Assembly (NCBI GenBank): GCA_000934665.2
Contig: JYFJ02003523.1
Coordinates: 1-40,567 of the forward strand
Length of the DNA stretch: 40,567 nt
Origin: Catajapyx aquilonaris
Lineage: Eukaryota
Direction of reading: 5' to 3'
The position numbers and the translations under genes are program-made. Below are positions 12,201 to 24,200 of the stretch, piece by piece; position 1 is the stretch's first letter; every line of letters begins with the position of its first letter. The notes under the pieces are model-generated. The model saw nothing but the letters and a program-made list of their open reading frames with translations. It was not told the origin of the DNA and did no database searches.

Positions 12201-15200
12201 GGAATGTGTAAGGTTGCAAATGACGTCAATGGATTCTATCTATCCTAAATGTACTACTAACTGTCTAAAATGGCTACTACTACACGGTCCCATAGTTAGG
12301 TGAGCTTTGATTGGCCAGCTGGACATTAGATATCTAGCTCACAAATGAAGGTTAGTGTGAGTAAGGTTGACATGATTTATCCTGCATACTACTCTAAAAA
12401 GGGGAGGGATCACACCTGTCTAGGCCATTCCTCCAGGTGCTCAAAAAAAAAAAAACCAGTTTATCTCACTATGGCGTTAGGCAACCGGACGAACATGTGC
12501 ACGAATTCACACATGAGTGGAATAGGGGGTAGGGGTGGGGTAAAATTACAACCGGTTTGGTACACCCGATTGTTTCAAACAGCCATGATCCAATACAACC
12601 CCCCTCCTTCTCCAGTCCTCCTTCTCCAGTGGGTTTCAGATAATTAAAGCCCCATAGTCTGAGGCTGTGAAGTGAGGTTAGAGTAACACTAGGCTGCAGG
12701 AATTTAATCCGCCTATCTGGTTGGAAATCAATGGAAACGGGTCCATGATAGGACTTGGATGAAACTCAGGCCTGCAGGAAACTTAGGATGGGGGGGTTTT
12801 GGAGGGGGATGGTGGGTGAGGGAGCTGGCAAGCCCCAGGTCGATGCAATGTTTTGAAACGAATTTTGGCAACCCTGTCCGGGCACCAGAATGGCTGCCGA
12901 ATCGCACAAGTTGGCCCGCCAAGGATCGAATGGCCAGGGTTGCCAGTTGGAACTACCTCACATTTTTTTTCGGGAGAGTCAGATAATTCGGGTATTGCCT
13001 AATATTATGGGGGGAAATCCAGCAATAAAATCTAGGATAATAATACAAAGTTAAGGACATTTTCTTCCAAATTATGTCGCCTTACTAAGGAAGGAAACTC
13101 ATAAATTCGCAGCTTCCGACGCTCCAAAAATAACGATAATAACCTCCGGATAATTTGAGAGAACAAAAGCTTGTTGAGAATATCTCAGCTGCAATGCGGC
13201 ATGATCATCGCCCTCCCTTCCTCCCCCCCCCCCCCAAAAAAAAAGACTCATAGACCCTGTATGATAGCCGTCCTTGAGCACTATGTTGTGCTTCCCATAA
13301 ATTGGCAACATCACACTAGTCGTTATGGCACACTCGACGTCAGAAGCGCAGGTTGCCAAGGCGATTCGCATCCAACCATCGACAAAATGTGTACGCCCCT
13401 TTGTTGCACTCGTCGTACAGACCACTTGCAGAATTCATTCCGCGTACAATAAGCCTCCCTATTATGCTGCCATCATAACAGATTGGCACCACACAGTGTT
13501 TCGCTAATTGCTATTGGTGTCACTGAACCCACATCTCCTTATATCTGTTGTGATACTTTCAGCATTGTTGCTCGCACCACTATTTGGCAAAGTCAAACTA
13601 TGAGTAAAATTGCATACACAGCAGCGTATTATAATGGTGGACAAGCTGACACTAATCTGTAGGTCTGATACATGGGTCCATTATATTTCGGATTACTGTT
13701 ACAGTATTTTGATTATGCACATATTTATTCTGTAGCCATCAGGCTTTGCACCTGCAGGGCCTAAAATCAGGATGTCAGGTAATAAACTTGAAAATTGTGA
13801 CATGAAATATACTCCGGTCCACCAGCAATATTACACGTTAATTTTACATCAGCCTGCTATCCTAATCCCTCTTTTTTGACGAAAAAAGGGGGCAATTGCG
13901 CTACTCAAACCAATAGCCGTTTAACATAGAGGAAACTATGCTGGGCCAGTGCCGTTAACGCAGTTATGTACTGCACCATACTGGAACGTGCTGTGAATTT
14001 TTGTGCAACGTAATACGTGTGATTCCTACACCTCATTTTCTAGTTTCAAACTGCCATAGTCAAACGCCGATAGTGCAACCGCATGTTCCCAACAGTACGA
14101 TATACGTCTTCAAAATCACAAATACAAGACAGCTTATTGTTCCTAACAACGCAATGGCTCCATAACAATGGAACTTGTATATTTTTAGTTATTGTGGACC
14201 AAGCTCCACATACACTCTGTAGTGAGCCCACACTTATTGTACATCCCACGAATTTTATCCGCATCATTCCGATTCCACCACGAACATTAAACTTATGCGG
14301 CAAGCAGGAACCGCGTAATTCGCATTTTTTTTTCCCCTAGCCAAGCTAACGCTACAACTAACAAAACCTCAACCGGACATAATGGAAACTACACAATAAA
14401 AAATGAATAAATTCTGGGGCCAGCATAATAGAGAGGGTTGATGGCCCTTGAGCCCCTCTGGTGCATCGGCCCAGCCTTTTAATCCCTGCGCACATTATTA
14501 TTTCCGCAAGCCCGCCATGCGAAAAACCAGCTCCTAATGTGTTATCTCTCTGCTGCTAGTTTAAAGAAGATTAATAATAAATCAGTGCCACTGAAGCCAT
14601 TTGCATTCCAGAGGGTGGGATGCTGGGAGAGAGACCCAATTTGATTGGATCGAACTTGCATTGGGACTATTTCTGGGGGGTTGGAGAAGGAAGAAGAAGA
14701 AGTCGAAGATGTCCTGGAGGCATGGATGGATTATATGCTGAAGATTGCGATTTTTGAAAAAAAAAGAGAGAGGATTTGAGTCTCTGATCATATGCACCAG
14801 GGCTGATTGGCCCGGAGCTGACTCATCAAGTGTGTGTGTATATAGGAGATGTGTTCTCAGAAGGTGTTTCTGCTATTGGATAGTGTGAAATTGACGTCAT
14901 TGGTGTTTCCACCACTTAAAATATTGATCTTCGACGTAATAAAAGTAGGTCCTATCCAATTAGCGGTCATCACCACTACTATTAGTAGTTTTGCAATAGC
15001 TGAAATGTGTCGCACTGTGCACCTTTTCGGTTGCAGCGTAGATGTGTGTGCATATATATTCGGCCTAGTATGTGGCAGGCAGATTTGTCATGTGTCAACA
15101 AAAGTCATGGCAAGGTCAGCCGATAAGAGTAATAGCTCCAGCTCACAGCAGTGTCCATTTCTATGAAATGATAAATAAAATCTGCAATCTAATTAATTTC

Positions 15201-18200
15201 CTTATTTCGGAATGGCCATCCCAATGTCATTTCTTCAAGAAACAAATATAGTGACCTTAATACGACCGTAAGCTTGCAATTTTCACAAAACATAGAAACC
15301 TGTTCCATCCGGCCTAGAGCAGACTGCAATAAATATATGGCAAAATCCCGCAATAATTGTTTTTTGAGCCTTCCATATGAAAAAAGCAAGTTCCACTTCA
15401 GACAGTAGATGAGTCCCATTTTCTCGGCGCAGATTGGCGTGTCAGTGTGTCAGAAGATAAACAAGATGTAAGAGGAGATGGTGTGAGAAAGGTTGTGATG
15501 AAACTGAAATTGTGTCCGTTCATTCCTATGGGGGGTGGAGGTTGCTAGGGTGGGGAATCAGAAGAGCTGGTAGCTCTTCTGAAAGGTCGCTGCACTTCCA
15601 TTCCTGAGAGAACAGGAATTTCCAGTCGTTCCAGGAACTAACTGCCTGGGTTGCCTGTGCTTGCTATGTGCTCTTTTGACTATCAATTTGGTGACGGAAA
15701 AAGGCAGCTAGCTGGTTCTTTAGAAATGCATGCCATTCACTTCTTAGGGTTGATGCAACCCCCATTGGGAGGACACTTCAGGAGGAGTGACCTCAGGGGG
15801 TCACCTTCGGATGGGAACAGGATGGTACCAAGAATAAATCTGGGTTGAGGATATCCAAAATGGGGCAGGTGGAATACAATTTTGTTTCAACCAAATTGTA
15901 TGGTGATTAATGATCTTCCTTATTGCATGGGCCAGTACATACCGCATTGCCCTCGACCTTCCCTGAACTCAGTAGAACCAACCACGGCAGAGGTTTTGAC
16001 GCCATCTCCTCCTATAATCTTTCAAGTTTATGGTCGTGTTTCATGAGCGAAAGTTTAAAAGGTCGGCTCTGTTGCACCTTATGGGTTGTTCTTTTCCACG
16101 CCTATCTTAGCCTACATCAAACTGATCTGAGCTCTGATTAGCAGGGTTGCTGAGTTCTTATTAAAGTAGGTTGAATCCGCCTAGTCAGATGACCAAGGAA
16201 GTAACGGTCTGGAGTCAAATAATTTTTGCATTATTTTTGAATACTTGCTATCACCAAAATATGTGGCTCACATGACCCAGTGTTTGTACACTATTCCTTA
16301 CTATACTGATGTGATTCATATATGCCATGCACACAAAAGAGTCGGAAACCCAACAATAAATCACGTCAGGTCAGCACGCATAAAATTATCGCATGCGCGC
16401 TATTTAAATTAGCAATAAAACCCGCGATTACAGCTAATAATTCGTATCAGCTAATGATAAGCGCATCAGCCCTTTCCTAAGTGGAAACTAAAAATCATCG
16501 TCCGGCTATAAAATGTCTAAATAAACCCCATCATTATTATTCCTGATGGCCCCCAACTAAAATATATATTATTTCTGGCAAGTGCTCAGTATCGGGTTGG
16601 CTCCATTGTTTTAGTTTATTAGCGGCATAGATGCGTTGCTGGTGCATACAATGGGGAAATGGTGGAGGGTGAAATTAATAGCCGACCACTTCCTATATAC
16701 TATTTTTTGGGGCAAAGGAAATGGCAGGGAGATAGTGCCAGCATCAGCTTCTCAACGACACCCAGTCTTTGTCGCGTCACTGATGGTCGCATAACAATGC
16801 TGGTGCTGAAACAGCGTGGCAGAAGGCGGCCATTATGCTTCGAGGTCCCTTTGTTCGTTTCCCGCCCGTTTCTTCAGCCCTGAACGTGAGATTAACCCCA
16901 AAACACAGCAAGGAAACCTGATCCAATCCTGCAGGGAGCCAAGTCTTTTCTTAGAGAGTGTGTGTTCTACTTGGCTGCCATCTTTTTTTTTAAATAAAGA
17001 AAGGAAGTGATTTGCTGTCGAAGGTCATGGACCAGGGGAATATTCACACCAACATGTGACCTAGCTGATATTATTATCTACAATTTACGTAACCCACTGT
17101 CAAGGCCTTAATTTTAATCACATTTGCTACTATTTATACTGTATTGGTGTTGAGGTCTAGGATGTCTATAGACCTCATCAATTCTGGTAGCCTGGCAAGA
17201 TGTAGGATGTCATGTGCTTGCGCTGCTGCCGAACTCTCAGGCTTTCCAAAACGGGCGCAGGTCATCAATGTTGTATTGATTCGCTGGGCCAACAAGCTCC
17301 ATGGACCACTCGCTTTCACTGCCCAAATCTACCAGGGTGGGTGGTGGGGTGGTTGGAAGCTTACAAGGGACACAATGGAATCGTGTGCAGGATATATGCC
17401 TCAACACAATTCATGTATGTGAGGCATCTGTAAACTTTTTTATGTAAGGAAATAAGAACATGCTAGTTGTTGCCTACAGCCACACTGATTTCCCCATGTG
17501 ATTAATACGCTGAACTACTTATATTACGAGTAATCGCTTAATTTTTTTGCACTAGTCAATGTCGAGTTAGCAGACCTTGAGAATCTGCATAGCCCCAATA
17601 TTATTACCTACAATTTATTACCAGCCTATGACATTGTCAGAATTTATTTTCTGCAACTGATCATTACTAATGGACATTTCTCTGCCCTTGAATATTTCAT
17701 TCCTAGTAATCCTAGACTAACTTTAGGCTGATGTTTGACCAAACTGGGCTTTTTGTGTCCAGTCACGCCTGGTTGCCACATTGGGGACATGCATCTTCGT
17801 GCATTGGACACTAACTCGTTGGTAATTATGGTTCCGATAGAAAGCTAGCTAGGGGTGGGGTTATGGTGTGGGTGGCAGTTAGACTCACCTCCCAACTCCC
17901 ATCAAGCTCTCTCTCCCCCATTTTGGGGGAATGAGCCTGGCTAATTATTCATCCTGACTCACGTGGTGCCTTTTAGAGAACGCTACCTTGACCCCTGCAC
18001 CGCCATTTGAGTCGGCTACACCTTGTTGCCATTGCATCCTGTGCGAATAAGCCACACCCCCTTCGCAAACTGCGCTTTATCTAAGTGATGTGCACTCATT
18101 TATTCATTCTTGCCTGTCAGTCATTTGCATATTCATTGTTATCATTTTGGGGCAGCTCGCTTTTGGCCATCTAATTATTACGTAAGGATGATCTCACTTG

Positions 18201-21200
18201 AATGCGGAAAATATTCCAGGTGACCATTTGGCATTATGCAACGACATGCACTGCAATATATTATTGTACAAAATTCCTGACCTAGGAGCCTGAAATATGC
18301 AATGTATGCATGTGTCATATACAGTATAATCCTGATATACAATTCTGAGATTTCCGCAATATTTTCCGGCCGATTCGCAAAATGTGACCTACTTTTCAAT
18401 CCACCCCCCCCCCCCCCCCCNATCTAGCTTTTATAGGCCACCGATAGCATTTCTACAGTTTACTGCTCCCATGCACCAAACATGCACCTTCAGTATATTA
18501 GCCTGCGGGTCACGCAAGTCATGGGAAATCTGCAGATGTCACATAGTGGAATTGTCACTGTATATTTTTGGGACAGTGGGATGGGGGAGGGGGGGGGGTG
18601 CGAAAAAAAATCGAAGGACCCTCCCACACTTTGCATTCAAGAGGAAATACGATTGCATGGTGTCCTTGATGCTTGCAAATTGTCTCCTCCGGGTAGTACC
18701 CCCACCACCATACCCTAACCACACATTAAATTTGGCAACATAGGGCTCCTCCTCCTCATCCGCTTTTAGCCCCCCTCCCACCTTTCCCCCCTCCACTTCC
18801 CTTCCCTAGGCAAGTATGCAAAGCCACGTTGCCATATCTAATGTTATTGTATGTCTTGTAGTCTTTTTGGCACTGGACCAAGGTCCGTGATGACCCTTTT
18901 TTGACCTGTGAGTTTGCAATTTTGCGCAGGCTTTTATATGTTGGAGTGTCATTTCAGTTAGGTGCGATAGTGCATAAAGGGAGTGACTAAGGATAAGTGA
19001 TGGTGATTCATAATAAACACGTAGGCAAACATGTTGGCAGGGGATGAGAAATAGGGTGGAGTTTTGGTTGGGTGACATTCATGCCTGGCACAAGCATTAA
19101 TATTGAATTGTGACTAATAAAATGAGCTATCTGATTTAGATTTCTGTAAGAGATTTTAGCACAAGACTACAATTAGCCTGCTCCAACACGCATAACGAAG
19201 ATTAAATAATTCGTCGATAAATATGATATTTGCTTGGTATGTTATTTCAAAATTGGTCACGAAAACACTGCTGAGGTGAAATAAACAGTCACAAGGAGAT
19301 AAGATAAAACACTTCGATAGACTTCAAAGTCGGAGAGTTGAATGGTACGTAATAGTGGAAGAGAGTGTGAGTTCGGAATATGTGGCTTACTGAATTTTCG
19401 ACACCGAAGATGAAGTGTTGCGGTATGGCTATAATGCCACCAACGACAAGGCCCTTTTGTATGGCGATAGTCCCCATTTTTTTTCGAAAGTAAATCAAGT
19501 CACAGCACTTTCAGCAGTGAGATACTGATACTTCCGCATATTTTCCACACTGCATAGGATTTTCGACATCCACAAAGTCGCTTCAAAATATAAGAACCAC
19601 CACAGTTCTGCCCATTGAGCACATATTTTAGGACCATTCAGCGCACAAGATGTCATCAACATTGGTGTCCTCATTTAGGACTGTCATATTTATACATCCC
19701 TACACTACAGCAGGCCATAACATTTTTAGGACAGACAGAAAGTCACTTATGTTAGGATTTCAAGTCGCTAGAAGTAACCCCCACCCCCCCAACCCTTTTA
19801 GGTTGTAGACTCTCCTCCATTACATTTTGGATCCCATCAGAAAGAGGCCCTCTTCGGCTTCTCCGCCAGTGCCAGCGGAAGATATAAGTAGGCGTGATTC
19901 AACTAACTCACCCAACTCCATTACCGAAAATCGTTGCGGAGGCTGTCGTAGAGGTCACCTTGCACAGACATGAAAGTGAAGTTTAATAATTGGTCACCCT
20001 TGGGCTTAAAAATTATGTTAGGCCGCCTCAGGCCTTACTTTATCACTCTAGCTCTGACAACCTGGCCGGAATCATAACATTCGGAGATAATGCACGGGAC
20101 TTCCGAACAAGGGCTCCGGTGTTGAGTGACTTGGAAACTGCTTCAGAATATCCAATGAGACTGGTGTCTGCAGGCATGGGCGATGCCATTGAAAGTTTGG
20201 TACTGTACGGGGCATATGCCGCGCATGCGTCGAGTGCTGGCATCTGGCGGGTGAGGCCTGATGGGAAAGCGACATCTACAGGGAAATTCGTGAATCAATC
20301 TAGTAAACTCAGTTTTTAACCGATATCCTGCTGGGATGGCTTGAGTATGAAGATACAATAATTAAATAAATTAAATAAATAAGAGGATAACTTGGGTAGG
20401 TGCCCAGATGAGGTCATAAACCGGGCAGAGGCAACAATTTCCCTCCTTTTCTACTTTTTCCTAGCTGGCTTTACAAAGGGCACTTTGTGTGATCCTTCGC
20501 TAGATTCTAAAGTGCCTCTACGAACCATCTTTCTCGCAATTAGGCTAATGGAAACACAACGGCTGCCTATGAACATAAAGTACCGACTATCAACTTTCTT
20601 CACGCCTTCCTATGTTAAAAGAACGGATCCTGTCGACAACTAAATCTCACCATAGGCTAAAAACTTTGCAATTTTTGCTCTTTACCAAAAGTGCTGTTGT
20701 TGTGAATGTTTTTGGGAGTCTGGTTGCGGGTTCTGGGTGGGGGGTGAGTCTAGTAAAGAAACAACTTCTAGTTCCATATTCCAGAGATGGTGGGGAGGGG
20801 GTCGGAGGATTGGGAAGCATAAATTTCCAACTTGTGAACTGCTTCAACTTTTGACTCGGAGATATAAAATAACAGGAGACTCGTTAGAAAGTCGGATTCT
20901 TCCTCAGCTGCACTACTTTATCCTTGTCGCAATGCGGAGGAGGTGAAGTGCCCTTCCGGAGGGTTCGGATGGGGCTGGGGGATTCGCCTCTTCTTCTCCC
21001 GGTGCCTGATGCTGGATGGGGGTAGGGGGAAAAAGAACTCATCTACTGCAGACGTAATGCACTTCCACTTTTTCTTTTGGGTCTTATCTCTTATCAGAAA
21101 TATGGGACCAGTGTCGGTTTCTGGACCGGCGAGGAGGGAGCACAACCAAGATAAGTTACGTGGAGGGAATCAGAGATCTTGATGGAGCTTTTCATCACAT

Positions 21201-24200
21201 GTGTTGGTGTAATTATATGACTCTCTTAACCGGTATGGCACAAGCAGATGAATTTGTAATTACTTGTAGTTCGTTGGTGATTGAGAAGCGGAATGTTTCT
21301 GTCGGTTCCTAATGCACTGTCACCGGAAAATGCGATTTCTTCTGCGTATAGACATCTGCACATTTCACTCCAATTATAATGTTGGGGGCTTCAGGATCTA
21401 CCATTAGTGGCTAATGCAAGTGCTGGGGCCTGTGACACATGTTAGTGAAAACCAGTCTTGATGTTGTCTACAACCGTTTTCATTGACAAGCGCAGGCCTC
21501 GAAACAACTACATCTCTATATTTCGCTTATTGGAATCAGTTCAATGACGTATCCATACTCTGGCCTAGGTTTTGTAAAATTTTGATATTGCCTTGTTTTG
21601 GTACTACGCATAGCATGGACAATATACGAGTATGTGATTCAAAAAACCGTATATTTTCGACCCTTGATATATGCACTGTAATTTTCTTCTTGTCGAATAC
21701 ACGGCGGGGTTGGCTAAAGAGACGGCAAAAAAATTACAGAAGATATAATGGGAATTCGCATCAGTTTCAATGTGCAGAATTCCGAAAAATTGTCATTATT
21801 CGCGTGCTTTATTTTTTTCTTTTATAATGACACATAATAATACATCTCGAAGAAATTGTATATTTCAGCAAAAAGTTAGCAAAAAGTGAGCAACCGACAT
21901 GTGGCCGGATGTCGGTATTTCCACCTGTAACAATTTTAAACTTTTTACTAATATTTTAAAACAGCAAATGCTGATGTGCATAATGTAAATTCTGCTCTTC
22001 AATAATAACAGTAGCATTATTACAGCAAAATAATTCAATGTGTGTATTGTCCACCACAATTATCAATATGTTATAAAGTACTTAAGATAAACAAGTAGCC
22101 GATGGCAAGCGCAGGCTAATGCACAGAATGCGTTGCATTATTGCGGTTCGAATGACATGCACCTAATTAGTCCTGAAACCACAGTTTTAAAATTATATAA
22201 ATGTTTTGTATTATGTAGGAGAGTCAATATGCGAGTTGAACTATTGATGGACCAGTACATAAGGTGATTACCCACATTTTAATTAACAACAATTATGATC
22301 AGCGGAGGCAGGGGATACAATATCGTCAAAATTAGTTATGCACTGTGCCTTACACTTCAAAGTATCGCTGATATAACATGCACATAAGCGATCAGTGCAC
22401 TATTTAAAATATTTCGCATATACGGCACTATCGTTTTTCGCAGAAGAATACGCCCAATTTGCTGATTCAAAATTGCTGGTAAACCATTCAGGGCCGCAGA
22501 GACCAAAGGCAATATATTCAACATATTCTTTCAGCAGGCCTACCCATGGCCTACCAGTTTGTAACAAAATTGCATTTTGTGGCGACTAGCCATTTTTTGC
22601 ACCTAAAATCAGCATTCCAATGTTTCCTTTCAGCTGGAAGTTTTTTGTTTCGCATCCCCACAATACGACTTACCTCTAGAAAAATGTTGCTAAAATGTGA
22701 TTGTCTATAAAATAGCCTCCAGATAATTTCAAGTGTAGGCACAGCCGTGTCACCGTATCTCTAAACCCACATGACACCACGAAGTCTGGCAACCGCAACT
22801 AAAAAAAAGTGTAGAATAGACTTGGCAACAGGCAAGAGATTGGATTCCAAACAACCCCTCCCACCACCCACAGACCCCCATGCCCAGTCATGAAAAATGA
22901 CCCCCAACAGTGTTGCCAAGAGAGGGACGGCCTTGGGGCTCAGGATCGAAAGAATGAGATGCATGGGCGCAGTGTCATCACCAAACAAAAGAATTGCAAC
23001 ATTGTCTTCCATAGGCCTAATATATGTCCCTCCCTAGTAATTTTCATTTTTTGAGGGGGATTACCGGGCTATCTGTGGAAACTTCGAGTTAATGTCATCA
23101 TTACAGCTATTAGAGGGTCAGTCTGGGAAAGTCATTCAAAGTGACCTTTTTCGATTGTATTTTTGGATGACACAATGCAAGTGCTATAAATAAAATATAG
23201 CTAGAATTAAATCAGATAAGACTAGAATTATCACAATATAATTAAAAGAGTTCAAAAGCCTTGCTGCTTTAGTATATGCCAACAAAATAAAAATCTAAAA
23301 TAATGCTTTCAGCCTGCAATTGCTTTCTTTTCAAGAAGATTGCCATGCCTGTAGCGAAGGCAACAATGCAAGCAAATGAGTTCATTAGTTCCCAGTTGGC
23401 AGAGCACCCACACACAGCGCAACTTGTCATTTACCTCGCTCCAATTTTTGCGACATTTTCTCCCGCATGAAATACACGCAATTAAGCTAGTAGGTCCGGC
23501 TTTCATAAAAGAAATATTAGTATTTACATAACTACATGGTAATTTCACCTTCGGAGTTTCAAACGAAACACTGAGCTACCTACTGTAGCAATTTCATAAG
23601 GAAAATGGAGGAGCATATGCATTTTAAATAACCATGATTATACGAATGTAGATAATATAATAATCTTACAGGCTATTTGAAGATACTGCGAATACATTTG
23701 CTGTTGTGTCAGATTATAATTCGCAATTGGCAAGTCTGCAACTTACCCTCTCACACTCCATTTCGCCTGGCAGCCCATTGAGTGGATATCAGTCACTCCC
23801 AAACTACCATAAAGTGCAATAAGCAACATTCGTCAATAAAATTACAGCTGACAAATCCTGTCTCAGGTAAAGCAAAAACATGATTTATGACAATCCCCAT
23901 CCGAATCGCCTATGACCACTCGAATAGTAACAGACATTGACTGAACCGATATTGACAACCCCCCATCATTTCCTAATGCACTGACCGGGTCAGCAATAAA
24001 AATTACATTAAGCCCCCCCCCCCTCCTCCCCCTCTCTGAAACTTCCATCTAAAAATATGAACATTGGTACACAAGCAAGCTGCGCCTGCACATTGATGAA
24101 TAATTCGGGGGCGGGCACTGGGGGCGCTCATAATGCTCCGCCCCCTGAAAGGCCCTCCGAAAAAACCCTGGGAGGGATGGGGGGGGGGGGGGGTTGGGAC

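Noticed and set aside
18404..18421. Poly-C run ending in an N (similarly the poly-G run with N at 29728)
   Set aside because: Homopolymer length is unreliable in the assembly, so no inference was drawn.
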